A stretch of DNA of 64,000 nt from Alphaproteobacteria bacterium (GTDB lineage Bacteria > Pseudomonadota > Alphaproteobacteria > UBA7887): the NCBI GenBank assembly GCA_965216755.1, contig CBDCGL010000011.1:2304001-2368000 (forward strand), given 5' to 3'. A program made the translations under genes and the position numbers. Each line of letters opens with the position of its first letter. Within the stretch, counting starts at the first letter, position 1. The notes under the pieces were generated by a model. The model did not search any database. It saw only the letters and a list, made by a program, of their open reading frames with translations, and was not told the DNA's origin. Below are positions 50,396-60,358 of the stretch, piece by piece.

Positions 50396-51442
50396 GTGAT
50401 CGACGATCGCATCGAGGACAAATGGATCGATGCTTTCGCCGCGGTGTTTGCCGCGTGCAAGGTCGATACCGGAACCACGGTCGCCATCTTATCCGAAACC
50501 CAATCGCGTCCGCTCAATGTGCGTTTGGCGGAACTCGCCTTGCTACGACTGGGCGCCCGCGCCTTTCATGTCGTCGTACCGACGCCCAGGCAATCGGCCC
50601 CGGTGCCCGTGCGATCGACCGGCGCGTCAGCTGCGGTGCAAGGTTTGGCGCCCGTCGTCGGCGCGCTGGGACAAAGTGAACTGGTCGTCGACCTGACCGT
50701 GGAAGGCATGCTGCATGCGCGCGAGCTACCCGAGATATTGAAAGCGGGCGCCCGACTGTTGATGATCAGTAACGAGCACCCGGAGGCGCTGGAACGGTTG
50801 GCGCCGGACCCGGCCTTGGCGGCCAAGGTCAAACACGGCATCGGCCTGCTGAAGGCCGCCAAGACCATGAAGGTCTTGTCCGCGGCAGGCACTGATCTGT
50901 CGATCGATGTTGGCGCCGCACGGGTCGGCGGCGTTTGGGGCACGTGCGAAAAGCCGGGCCAGGTCGCCCATTGGCCGGGTGGCTTGTGTTTGTGTTTCCC
51001 GCCGACCGGGGCGGTCAACGGCAAACTGGTGCTCGATGTCGGCGATGTGAATTTGACCTTCAAGCGCTATCTTGAAAGCCCCATTCGATTGACAATCGAA
51101 TCCGACTATGTGACCGCAATCGACGGCGATGGTTTGGATGCGGCCCTGATGCGCAGCTACTTCGAGGCCTGGAACGATCGCGACGCCTACGCGGTCAGCC
51201 ATGTCGGCTGGGGCATGAACCCGGCGGCGCGCTGGGACGCCATGACCATGTACGACCGGCGCGATATCAACGGCACCGAATTGCGGGCATTTGCCGGCAA
51301 TTTCCTCTATTCCACCGGCGCCAACGAGGTTGCCGGCCGCTACACGCTCGGCCACTTCGATCTGCCCATGCGCCAGTGCACAGTGACCCTCGACGGTGAC
51401 ACCGTCGTCGATCGCGGCCGTCTCGCCGAATCGCTGCGCTAG
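50396..51442 (+). CDS. Peptidase M29-fold protein, NicX-like (2,5-dihydroxypyridine dioxygenase-like)
   Basis: HWPGG, SHVGWGMN, ELRAFAGNFLYSTGAN and GHFDLPMR motifs (His...His-x-Asp triad as in NicX). Confidence 0.75.
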   Translation: MIDDRIEDKWIDAFAAVFAACKVDTGTTVAILSETQSRPLNVRLAELALLRLGARAFHVVVPTPRQSAPVPVRSTGASAAVQGLAPVVGALGQSELVVDLTVEGMLHARELPEILKAGARLLMISNEHPEALERLAPDPALAAKVKHGIGLLKAAKTMKVLSAAGTDLSIDVGAARVGGVWGTCEKPGQVAHWPGGLCLCFPPTGAVNGKLVLDVGDVNLTFKRYLESPIRLTIESDYVTAIDGDGLDAALMRSYFEAWNDRDAYAVSHVGWGMNPAARWDAMTMYDRRDINGTELRAFAGNFLYSTGANEVAGRYTLGHFDLPMRQCTVTLDGDTVVDRGRLAESLR

Positions 51443-51448
51443 CAACCG

Positions 51449-52237
51449 GTGACCGCGCTCGGCGACATCTTGGTGCCCGCCCACCGCATGATAGGCGACG
51501 GCCCTGATACGATACTGTTCCTGCACGGATTGGGCGGTGATCGGACCAGTTGGGACCGGCAGCATGGTGCGTTCGGCACACGCTATCGCACGGTGTCCTG
51601 GGACATGCCTGGTTACGGCGAGTCGGCGGCGTTACCCGACTTGACCTTCGACACCCTGGCCGATGCGGTGTTGCGGTTGATGGACGCCATCGGCGCCGCA
51701 CAGGTCCACCTTGTCGGCCACTCCATGGGCGGCATGATCGCGCAGCGCGTGGCCGCACGCGCGGCCGAGCGGCTGCTGTCGTTGACCCTGTTTGCCACGA
51801 CCGCACGTTTCGGCGGCGACGAATCTTGGCAAGAGCGGTTTCTGGCGCAACGTTTGAGGCCGCTTGATGAGGGCCGGACGCCAGCGGACTTGGCCCCCCT
51901 GGTCGTACAGGACTTGATCGGTGACGCCGCCGATGCGGACGGCGTCGCGGCGGCGATCGCCAGCATGAGCCGGATCAGCGCGCCGGCCTATCGCGCCGCA
52001 CTTCAGTGTCTGGTGACGTTTGACGGCCGTCAGACGCTAGCCAACATTGACGCGCCGACTTTCGTACTGGCCGCGGAGAATGATCGCACAGCACCGGTCA
52101 AGGCCATGCGCCGCTTGGCGAACGCGATTGTAGATAGTCGTTTTGTGGTCCTCCTGGGCGCCGGCCACTTGGCCAATTTGGAACGACCCGATGTGTTCAA
52201 TCGCATACTCGCTGACTTCCTCGCCGAAATCGGCTAA
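51449..52237 (+). CDS. Alpha/beta-fold hydrolase
   Basis: FLHGLGG, nucleophile elbow GHSMGG, GHLANLE. Confidence 0.92.
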   Translation: MTALGDILVPAHRMIGDGPDTILFLHGLGGDRTSWDRQHGAFGTRYRTVSWDMPGYGESAALPDLTFDTLADAVLRLMDAIGAAQVHLVGHSMGGMIAQRVAARAAERLLSLTLFATTARFGGDESWQERFLAQRLRPLDEGRTPADLAPLVVQDLIGDAADADGVAAAIASMSRISAPAYRAALQCLVTFDGRQTLANIDAPTFVLAAENDRTAPVKAMRRLANAIVDSRFVVLLGAGHLANLERPDVFNRILADFLAEIG

Positions 52238-52250
52238 TCAACACCGCATT

Positions 52251-53465
52251 ATGGATTTCGCACAGACGACAAAACAGCAAGAGCTGATCGCGCTGGTCCG
52301 CCGTTTGGGCCGCGAGCGGTTTGTCGAACGAGCCGCGCGCTACGACCAAGACGCGACGTTTCCCTTCGAAAATTATGATGATCTTCGCGACCATGGCTTG
52401 CTGGGCCTGTGCGTGCCGACGGAGTTTGGTGGCCTTGGCGCGGATTTCGAAACCTATTGTCTGGTGTCCGCCGAACTCGGCCGCTATTGCGGCGCCACGG
52501 CGCTGACCTACAATATGCATGCCTGTTCCATGCTGTGGTCCGGGGCCATGACCGATGATCTGGACATGTCATCGGCGCAGCGCGCCGACCATCGGTCGCG
52601 CCAAGCGCTGCATTGTAAGCGGGTGGTCGAAGACGGCGCGATCTATGCCCAACCATTTTCCGAAGGCAACGCGTCGGCGGCTGGCCGTGCGCCGTTCGGC
52701 ACTTTGGCGCGCAAGGTCGATGGCGGTTACATGCTCAATGGCAAGAAGATCTTTGCGTCACTTGCCGGCGCCGCCAGCTACTACGGGATCTTGTGCACCG
52801 AAGATGTCGACGACGCCAGCCGCAAGGACACGATCTATTTGGCCGTGTCGGCCGACGCCGCGGGATTTTCCGTGGTCGGCGATTGGGATCCGCTCGGCAT
52901 GCGCGGTACGGTCTCGCGCACGCTTCTGCTCAAGGATGTGTTCGTTCCGGACGACAATGAGCTGATGCCGCGCGGCATATATTATCAGGCCGCGAACCGA
53001 TGGCCGCACATGTTCATGACACTGGCCCCGACATATGTCGGTATCGCCCAGGCGGCCTATGACTTCACGGTCCAATATCTGCGCGGCGAAGTGCCGGGCA
53101 TGCCGCCGGTCAGGCGACGCATGTTTCCGACCAAGCAATTGACCGTCGCCGAGATGTTCGTGAAGCTGGAGCAGACGCGATCGCTGTTCCACCACGCCAT
53201 CAGCGAAGCGCGCGTCGACCCGCCCAAAGCGGCGCGGATGCGCGCCATGGCCGCTCAATTCACGATTATGGAAAACGCCAACGAACTCTGTCGGCTGGCC
53301 ATACGGACCTGCGGCGGGCAATCGATGTTGAAGTCCCTGCCCTTGGAACGGCTCTACCGCGACAGTCGTTGCGGATCTTTGATGCTACCGTTGACAGCCG
53401 AATTGTGCCTGGATCGGCTCGGGAAAGAGGCCCTGTACGAGCCGGGCGAAACCGATGACCAATGA
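52251..53465 (+). CDS. Acyl-CoA dehydrogenase family protein
   Basis: EFGGLG, LNGKKIF, WDPLGMRGT and LERLYRD motifs. Confidence 0.92.
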   Translation: MDFAQTTKQQELIALVRRLGRERFVERAARYDQDATFPFENYDDLRDHGLLGLCVPTEFGGLGADFETYCLVSAELGRYCGATALTYNMHACSMLWSGAMTDDLDMSSAQRADHRSRQALHCKRVVEDGAIYAQPFSEGNASAAGRAPFGTLARKVDGGYMLNGKKIFASLAGAASYYGILCTEDVDDASRKDTIYLAVSADAAGFSVVGDWDPLGMRGTVSRTLLLKDVFVPDDNELMPRGIYYQAANRWPHMFMTLAPTYVGIAQAAYDFTVQYLRGEVPGMPPVRRRMFPTKQLTVAEMFVKLEQTRSLFHHAISEARVDPPKAARMRAMAAQFTIMENANELCRLAIRTCGGQSMLKSLPLERLYRDSRCGSLMLPLTAELCLDRLGKEALYEPGETDDQ

Positions 53466-53509
53466 TGTCGCCGATTTTGTGACGTCGTATCGGCCCAGGG
53501 TTTCCGAAC

Positions 53510-55024
53510 ATGTCGTTGGCGCATTGGATTGACGGATGGGCGGCACATACGCCCGGTAAGGTTGCCGTGCGCTGCGCGGACGCCAAGATCACGTATGCCG
53601 CGCTAGCCGCCGATATACGCCGGCTCGCCGGTGTCCTTGACGGTCCACTCGGGCTCACGGCAGGTGACCGCGTTGCCTTTTTGGGCCTCAACAGCCCGAC
53701 ATTGCTGTCGGTCCTGTTTGCCTGCGTCCGCATCGGCGCGGTGTTCGTGCCGCTCAACTGGCGGCTGACGGCCGAGGAACTTGGCTTCATGTTGGACCAT
53801 TCGGGTGCGGCGGCGGTGTTCGCCGACCAGGCCTTTGTCCCGACACTCGAAACCCTGAAAGATCGGCTCGCGGACCGCGTCTTGATCACAACCGACGGCG
53901 TGGCCAGCTCAGCCGACAGCTTGAATTCACTGAAACGACATGCCAAGGACCTGGATCGTCCGGCCCGCTTACCGGGCGACGCACCGGCATTGATGGCCTA
54001 TACGTCCGGCACTACGGGGGTGCCCAAGGGCGCTATTCTGAGCCGCGAATCGTTCTTGTGGAATGCGGTCAATTGTACCCAAATGCACGACCTTACCGCC
54101 GACGACCATGTCTTAGCGACCATCCCCATGTTTCACGTCGGCGGTATCAACATTCAGTCACTGCCGACGTTGCACGCCGGTGCGACGCTGACCATCCATA
54201 GCCGCTTCGACCCAGGGACCACGCTCGCCACGATTGGCCGAGATCGCCCGACTTTGACCATCCTTGTGCCGACCCAAATGGCGGCGGTGACCGAGCATCC
54301 CGATTGGCCAACCACCGACCTTTCCAGCCTGCGCATGGTCACCACCGGTTCAACCATGGTGCCGGTGTCCTTGATCGAAAGGTTTCACGAACGCGGCGTG
54401 CCGGTTGTGCAGGTTTTCGGCGCCACAGAGACCGGCGGCATCGCCGTCTATCAGCGCCGCGCCGATGCGTGCCGCACATTGGGGTCAACGGGCAAGGCCG
54501 CCATACACTGTCAATTCCGGGTGGTCGACGACAGTGGCCAAGACGTGCGGACCGGCGTCTCAGGCGAAATCTGGGTGCGCGGCCCAACTGTGATGACCGG
54601 CTACTGGCAGGACCCGGCAGCGACAGCGGCCGCGCTTCGCGACGGCTGGTTTCTCACCGGCGACATCGGCCATTGCGACAGCGACGGCAATCTCTTTATC
54701 GACGATCGCAAGAAAGACATGATTATTTCCGGTGGCGAGAACATCTATCCGGCCGAATTGGAGAACATCCTCGCCGACTGCGCCGACATCGCAGAGGCCA
54801 CCGTCGTCGCCGGCGCCGATCCCCATTGGGGCGAGGTGCCGGTCGCCGTTATTGTCGCCAAACCAGACGCATCATTGACCGACGATGCCGTGCGGGCCTT
54901 GTTTGTCGATCGTCTGGCCCGCTATAAGCACCCGCGCCGCATTGTCTTTGCCGACGCGCTGCCGCGCAACGCGATGGGCAAGGTTCGCAAAGACGCCGTT
55001 CGCGATATGATCAGTCAAACTTAG
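53510..55024 (+). CDS. Acyl-CoA synthetase (AMP-forming)
   Basis: YTSGTTGVPKG, FGATE, TGDIG, RKKDMIISGGEN and LPRNAMGK motifs. Confidence 0.93.
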   Translation: MSLAHWIDGWAAHTPGKVAVRCADAKITYAALAADIRRLAGVLDGPLGLTAGDRVAFLGLNSPTLLSVLFACVRIGAVFVPLNWRLTAEELGFMLDHSGAAAVFADQAFVPTLETLKDRLADRVLITTDGVASSADSLNSLKRHAKDLDRPARLPGDAPALMAYTSGTTGVPKGAILSRESFLWNAVNCTQMHDLTADDHVLATIPMFHVGGINIQSLPTLHAGATLTIHSRFDPGTTLATIGRDRPTLTILVPTQMAAVTEHPDWPTTDLSSLRMVTTGSTMVPVSLIERFHERGVPVVQVFGATETGGIAVYQRRADACRTLGSTGKAAIHCQFRVVDDSGQDVRTGVSGEIWVRGPTVMTGYWQDPAATAAALRDGWFLTGDIGHCDSDGNLFIDDRKKDMIISGGENIYPAELENILADCADIAEATVVAGADPHWGEVPVAVIVAKPDASLTDDAVRALFVDRLARYKHPRRIVFADALPRNAMGKVRKDAVRDMISQT

Positions 55025-55061
55025 CTCATACTCACAACGCAGCGCGAAGGTTGATACGATT

Positions 55062-56084
55062 ATGAGACCCCGGACTTTGGCCGCCGCCATGGCGGTTTTC
55101 GTGTTGGCATCGATCCATGGCGCGCCCGCTCTCGGACAAGAAACGCTGCGCCTTTCGAGTTGGGTCCCGCCAAGTCACATTTTGGTTCGCGATGCGCTGA
55201 TCCCCTGGGCCGAAGAGGTTGAAGAGGCGACCGGCGGCAGTCTTAAGATCGATATCCTGAAAACGCCGGTCGGCAAACCACCCGCGCATTTCGATATCGC
55301 GCTGGATGGCCTGGCCGACATCACCTATGGCGTGCACGGCTACACGCCGGGCCGTTTCGTCCTGACCCAAGCTGTCGAACTGCCCTTCCAAAGCGATAGC
55401 GCGGAAGCGCTTTCTGTGGCTTTTTGGCGCGTTCATGAACAGATTTTCGCCACGGCCAATGAGCATCGGGGCGTGCATTTATTGGGCCTGTGGACCCACG
55501 GCCCCGGGCAAATATTCAATGCCCAGCGACCGATCACCAGCGTTACAGATTTCGAGGGCCTGAAGTTCCGGGTCGGCGGCGGCTTGGTGAGCCGCATATC
55601 CGAACTGCTTGGCACCGTGCAAGTCTCGGCGCCCGCCACCAAAGCCTATGAGTTGTTGTCCAACGGCGTCGCCGACGGGATCTTTTTTCCCAGCGAGTCG
55701 ATACCTTTCTTCAATTTGGTCGACCTGGTGCCGCATGCCACGTTGGTCCCCGGCGGCCTTTACAATTCGAGCTTCTTTTTGATCATGAACCAGGCCCGGT
55801 GGGACAGCCTGACGCCGGAGCAGCAAGAGACTGTGACGTCGCTTTCCGGTGAGGCGCTGGCGCGTCGTATCGGGCAGGCTTGGGATGCCGGCGATGTCGA
55901 TGGCCTGAGCACCATGCGCGCCGCTGGATCGCAAGTGATCGGCATGGATGACGCGTTTCTTGCCCAAGTGCGTGACCGACTAGCGCCGCTGGAAGCAGAT
56001 TGGATCGAACGAGCCGTCGGCCGCGAAGTCGACGGGACCGCCGCCCTCGCCGCGCTGCGACGTGAAATTGCCGACGCACGCTAG
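55062..56084 (+). CDS. dctP: TRAP substrate-binding protein
   Basis: Signal peptide; YTPGRF; GLKFRVGG (carboxylate-binding Arg). Confidence 0.92.
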   Translation: MRPRTLAAAMAVFVLASIHGAPALGQETLRLSSWVPPSHILVRDALIPWAEEVEEATGGSLKIDILKTPVGKPPAHFDIALDGLADITYGVHGYTPGRFVLTQAVELPFQSDSAEALSVAFWRVHEQIFATANEHRGVHLLGLWTHGPGQIFNAQRPITSVTDFEGLKFRVGGGLVSRISELLGTVQVSAPATKAYELLSNGVADGIFFPSESIPFFNLVDLVPHATLVPGGLYNSSFFLIMNQARWDSLTPEQQETVTSLSGEALARRIGQAWDAGDVDGLSTMRAAGSQVIGMDDAFLAQVRDRLAPLEADWIERAVGREVDGTAALAALRREIADAR

Positions 56085-56087
56085 GCC

Positions 56088-56615
56088 ATGTCCGATCCCA
56101 ACCGTCGTGCGGCGGATCTAAACAAGACGCTGCCGGGCACGGCGCTCGTGCGTTGGTTGGGACCAATCGCCGCTGTGTTTCTGTTTGCCATGATGATCGT
56201 TACGGTCATCGACGTCGTTGGTCGCTATCTGTTTGCGCGGCCTTTGCCCGGTGCCTTTGAGTTGACAGAAATCATGATGGCCGTGCTGATTTTTTCCGCG
56301 TTACCGCTGATCAGTGCACGCGATGGCCATATCGCCGTCGGGTTGCTGGATCATCTCACCGGTCCGCGCCTGGCGCAGCTGCGCGATGTCGTCATTGCCG
56401 TGCTCGGCGGCGTTGTGACCGCCACCATCAGCGTGCGCCTGTGGATCTTGGGCGACCGGCTGCGAAGCTATGGCGACGTGTTTGAGTTCGTCGGCCTGGC
56501 GAAATATGTCGTCGCCTATACCTTGTCTGTTTTGGCGATGGTCACGGCCTTGGTCATGGTCGCCAAACTGCGCCGCGCAATACGTGCGCTCTGGACCGCA
56601 CCGAAAGACGCGTAG
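56088..56615 (+). CDS. dctQ: TRAP small permease
   Basis: DVVGRY..PLPGAFE and HIAV motifs; 4 TM segments. Confidence 0.9.
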   Translation: MSDPNRRAADLNKTLPGTALVRWLGPIAAVFLFAMMIVTVIDVVGRYLFARPLPGAFELTEIMMAVLIFSALPLISARDGHIAVGLLDHLTGPRLAQLRDVVIAVLGGVVTATISVRLWILGDRLRSYGDVFEFVGLAKYVVAYTLSVLAMVTALVMVAKLRRAIRALWTAPKDA

Positions 56616-56618
56616 GCC

Positions 56619-57911
56619 GTGACCCTGGCGATCGTCGGCATCGGTGCATTGCTGCTCTTGATTCTGCTGCGCGTGCCGATCGCTTTCGCCATGGCGCTGG
56701 TTGGATTCATTGGCATTGCCGGCCTGATCAACAACTCGGCCGCATTGGCCATGGTCGGTCAAGTCACTTTCGATACGGGCCTGTCCTACGAACTGTCGGT
56801 GGTCCCCCTGTTCGTGCTAATGGGCAATTTCGTCGCCCGCGCCGGATTGTCCGACGAATTGTACGAGGCTTCGCACGCCTGGCTTGGCCACCATCGTGGC
56901 GGCCTGGCGATGGCGACCATCGTCGCGTGTGGCGGTTTCAGCGCGATTTGTGGGTCAAGTTTGGCGACCGCGGCAACGATGGCCCGGGTCGCCATGCCGC
57001 CGATGCGCCGCTACGGCTACGCCGATTCGCTGGCAGCCGGCGCGATCGCGGCCGGCGGCACGCTGGGCATTTTGATACCGCCAAGTGTGGTGTTGGTGCT
57101 CTACGGCGTCATGACCGGACAAGATATCGGTCTGCTGTTCGCCGCAGGTCTGATTCCGGGACTGATCGGCATCATTTGCTATGTCGGCGCCGTTGTCGTG
57201 GTCACGCGTCGACACCCTGCTGCCGGGCCGCGCGCCGACCCACAGGCGTTGGCGGCGCGCTGGCGTGCCTTGCGCGCTGTGTGGGGGGTATTGGTCCTGT
57301 TTGTCGTGGTGATGGGCGGGATCTATGGCGGTGTCTTCACACCAACCGAAGCGGCCGGCATCGGGGCCGCGGGCGGGTTCGTGTTTGCCCTGGCGAGGCG
57401 TCGCCTGAACTGGCGCAGCTTGGGTGAGATCCTGGTGCAATCTGCCGAAACCACGGCGATGTTGTTTTTCGTTCTGATCGGCGCGTTGATTTTTGCGGCG
57501 TTCGTCAACCTGGCCGGGCTGCCGAATGCGTTGGCCGACTGGACCGGTGGGCTGGCATTGCCGCCACTCGCGATCATTGCGATTATCTTATTGATTTATC
57601 TGGCACTTGGATGCGTATTGGAAAGCCTGTCCATGGTCCTGCTGACCGTGCCTGTGCTCTATCCCTTGGTGGCCGGCCTCGGCTACGATTTGGTGTGGTT
57701 TGGCATCATCGTCGTTGTCGCGACCGAAATCAGCTTGATCACGCCGCCGGTCGGCTTGAACGTTTTTGTTCTCAAGGACGCGTTGGGTGATGTCTCGACC
57801 GCCACCATTTTTCGCGGCGTCGTGCCGTTTTGGTGTGCGGATATCATACGCTTGGCGCTGATTGTCACAGTCCCTCCCATCGCGTTGTGGCTGCCGCAAT
57901 GGCTCGGCTGA
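56619..57911 (+). CDS. dctM: TRAP large permease
   Basis: GTLGILIPPS, TPTEA and ITPPVGLN motifs. Confidence 0.94.
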   Translation: MTLAIVGIGALLLLILLRVPIAFAMALVGFIGIAGLINNSAALAMVGQVTFDTGLSYELSVVPLFVLMGNFVARAGLSDELYEASHAWLGHHRGGLAMATIVACGGFSAICGSSLATAATMARVAMPPMRRYGYADSLAAGAIAAGGTLGILIPPSVVLVLYGVMTGQDIGLLFAAGLIPGLIGIICYVGAVVVVTRRHPAAGPRADPQALAARWRALRAVWGVLVLFVVVMGGIYGGVFTPTEAAGIGAAGGFVFALARRRLNWRSLGEILVQSAETTAMLFFVLIGALIFAAFVNLAGLPNALADWTGGLALPPLAIIAIILLIYLALGCVLESLSMVLLTVPVLYPLVAGLGYDLVWFGIIVVVATEISLITPPVGLNVFVLKDALGDVSTATIFRGVVPFWCADIIRLALIVTVPPIALWLPQWLG

Positions 57912-57983
57912 CGCACCCACACGGCCATCATCTGCTATAACCGCGCCAAAATCCCGCACATCGCATGGGCCAGGAGGATATGA

Positions 57984-58382
57984 ATGTCGTTTCAGAATGT
58001 GCGCAGCGGACTGATCGCCTGTTCGCTGTTCGGCCTGTGTCTGGCCACGCCCGCCGGCGCACAGAGCGATGGCGACACGGCCGCAGGTGAAAAGGCTTTT
58101 AAGACGCTCTGCGGCCTTTGCCACACGGTTGAAAGCGGCGGCCGCAACAAGGTCGGCCCGAATCTGCACGGTTTGATCGGTGCGACCGCAGGCCAATTGG
58201 AAGGTTACGCCTATTCCGCGAGCCATCGCGAATCCGGTTTCGTCTTCGACGAGGCCGGCTTGGACACGTATATCGGAAACCCAAAGGGTACCATCGACGG
58301 AACCAAAAAATCCATTGCTGGCATCGTTGATGCGCAAAAGCGCGCAAATATCATTGCCTTTTTGCGGCAAGCGACTCAGTAG
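57984..58382 (+). CDS. Cytochrome c2-like protein lacking the axial Met
   Basis: Signal peptide, [13 protein letters not shown]; GTKKSIAG where the family has GTKMxFxG; AGGAGG RBS. Confidence 0.9.
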   Translation: MSFQNVRSGLIACSLFGLCLATPAGAQSDGDTAAGEKAFKTLCGLCHTVESGGRNKVGPNLHGLIGATAGQLEGYAYSASHRESGFVFDEAGLDTYIGNPKGTIDGTKKSIAGIVDAQKRANIIAFLRQATQ

Positions 58383-58444
58383 CGGCTGAACGCCGCGACG
58401 CACAAAGTTGACCGGTGACCTTCCCATAAAAGATCGGTTGAGCA

Positions 58445-59593
58445 ATGCCCATGCATGCGGACTTCTTGGTGATTGGCGCCGGCATCGCCGGCGTTTCCGC
58501 CGCCGACACACTCGCGGCCCGCGGCCGTGTGATCGTGCTCGAACGTGAGTCGCAACCCGCCTATCACACGACTGGCCGTTCGGCGTCGTACTTCACGCTG
58601 AACTACGGCAATGACCTGATTCGCGCCCTGACCAAGGCCAGTCAGTCATTCCTGACCACGCCACCGGACGGTTTTAGCGCGCATCCGTTGATGACCCCGC
58701 TCGGCGCCCTGACCATCGCCCGCGCTGATCAACTGTCCAGTTTCGAACAAAACCTTTCTGACGCACAGAAGCTGGTGCCGGAAATCAGCCCCATTACGGT
58801 GACAGAAGCGCGCGCCATGGTCCCTGCGTTGCGGGACGACACTGTCGCCGCCGTTCATTACGAGCCGGATGCGCAATATATGGATGTGGACTTGATCCAC
58901 GGCGGCTTCCTGCGGCGCATGCGGGCGCGTGGCGGTGAGTTGGTGTGCGACGCGGAGGTAAAGGCGCTGCGGCGCGACGGTGGAACGTGGCACGTCGCAA
59001 CCGCGGCCGGTACGTACGACGCGCCGATTGTCGTCAATGCCGCCGGCGCCTGGGCGGATGAAATCGCCGTGCACGCGGGTTTGGCGCCGCTTGGCTTGGT
59101 GCCAAAGCGCCGCACTGTAATTCTCTTTGCAGCGCCGTCCGGAACAACAGTCGCAAGTTGGCCCTTGGTGCTGGATGTCGATGAGGAATTCTACTTCCGA
59201 GGAGATGCCGGCAAGGTGTTGGCCAGCCCGGCCGACGCGACACCGTCGCCCCCTTGCGACAGTCAGCCAGAGGATTTGGACATTGCCGTGACGGTCGATC
59301 GCATCGAAACGGCGACCACCATGACGGTTCCCAGAATTGAACACAAATGGGCCGGATTGCGCAGCTTCTATTCCGACAATACGCCTGTCGTGGGGACGGA
59401 CCCACATACCGAAGGTTTCGTGTGGCTGGCCGGTCAAGGCGGCTATGGCATCATGACATCACCCGCCATGGCCGAGGCCGCATGCGCGTGCGCAACGGGT
59501 GATGCCTGGCCCGAGAGTTTGGCGGCCGTCGGCGTGACCATGGCCGATCTCGCCGCCGATCGTGACACGTTGCGATCGGTCACACGTGACTAG
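58445..59593 (+). CDS. FAD-dependent oxidoreductase, DAO family (D-amino-acid dehydrogenase-like)
   Basis: VIGAGIAG, YHTTGRSA, NAAGAWAD, WAGLR and GQGGYGI motifs. Confidence 0.92.
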   Translation: MPMHADFLVIGAGIAGVSAADTLAARGRVIVLERESQPAYHTTGRSASYFTLNYGNDLIRALTKASQSFLTTPPDGFSAHPLMTPLGALTIARADQLSSFEQNLSDAQKLVPEISPITVTEARAMVPALRDDTVAAVHYEPDAQYMDVDLIHGGFLRRMRARGGELVCDAEVKALRRDGGTWHVATAAGTYDAPIVVNAAGAWADEIAVHAGLAPLGLVPKRRTVILFAAPSGTTVASWPLVLDVDEEFYFRGDAGKVLASPADATPSPPCDSQPEDLDIAVTVDRIETATTMTVPRIEHKWAGLRSFYSDNTPVVGTDPHTEGFVWLAGQGGYGIMTSPAMAEAACACATGDAWPESLAAVGVTMADLAADRDTLRSVTRD

Positions 59594-60327
59594 GGGTATG
59601 CGCAGCGCTGCGCCGAAACAACGACGAATCCATCGGTATCCGCCGGTGTCATGACGAAACGAAACTCGCGGTCCCCAAGAACAACCGAATGACGCAGCGG
59701 CAAGGCGCCTTCCGCGCGGGTGACCTCGCCATCGATCACGGTGAACTCCGCGGTTACGGGCCCACCTGGATCGAAGCGCGCTTCGGCTTGACCGGCATCG
59801 CTGGTCGCCGGGAGGCCCTGTCCCGTCACCGCGATGCGATTGTCGGCGAATGTCACCACATGGTTTTCGCCGCTTGTGTAGGGGGTCTGCACAATGAATC
59901 GCCGACGAACGATCTCTTCGTCACACAACGCCTGATCGGCGGCATTTGCAATGACGAAACTAAGCCGATCGGCCGAGACTCCGTCTTTTAGGCGCGCAAT
60001 AACCGCAGCCACGACATCCTTCGCGACGCCACGCGGCACCTCTTTAGCGTAGCGTTTCTCGGCGTCGGCTCTACCTTCCTCGGCCGCCAGGCGGGCCACG
60101 ATGGCGCGATCCGCTTCCTCGCGCAAGCGCGTGTTTTCGACTCGCAACTGTGCAATTTGTTCGCGCAGGTCTTGATTGTCGGTACCTGAGCGCTGTTGGC
60201 CAAGGCTATAAGACCAATAAGAGATCGCCCCGATCAGAATCAGAAAGATGACAGTTTTGAAGAACCCGGCGCGTGCCCGGCGACGCCGTCGACCATCACG
60301 CCCGCCCAACTCCATGCCTAAGCTCAT
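59590..60327 (-). CDS. Hypothetical bitopic membrane protein with coiled coil
   Basis: Arg-rich N-terminus, one TM, heptad region, beta-rich C-domain with a Cys pair; follows the MotB-like gene. Confidence 0.75.
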   Translation of the reverse strand: MSLGMELGGRDGRRRRRARAGFFKTVIFLILIGAISYWSYSLGQQRSGTDNQDLREQIAQLRVENTRLREEADRAIVARLAAEEGRADAEKRYAKEVPRGVAKDVVAAVIARLKDGVSADRLSFVIANAADQALCDEEIVRRRFIVQTPYTSGENHVVTFADNRIAVTGQGLPATSDAGQAEARFDPGGPVTAEFTVIDGEVTRAEGALPLRHSVVLGDREFRFVMTPADTDGFVVVSAQRCAYP

Positions 60328-60358
60328 TAGAGCAGTATCCGATAATATCGCGCCACTG

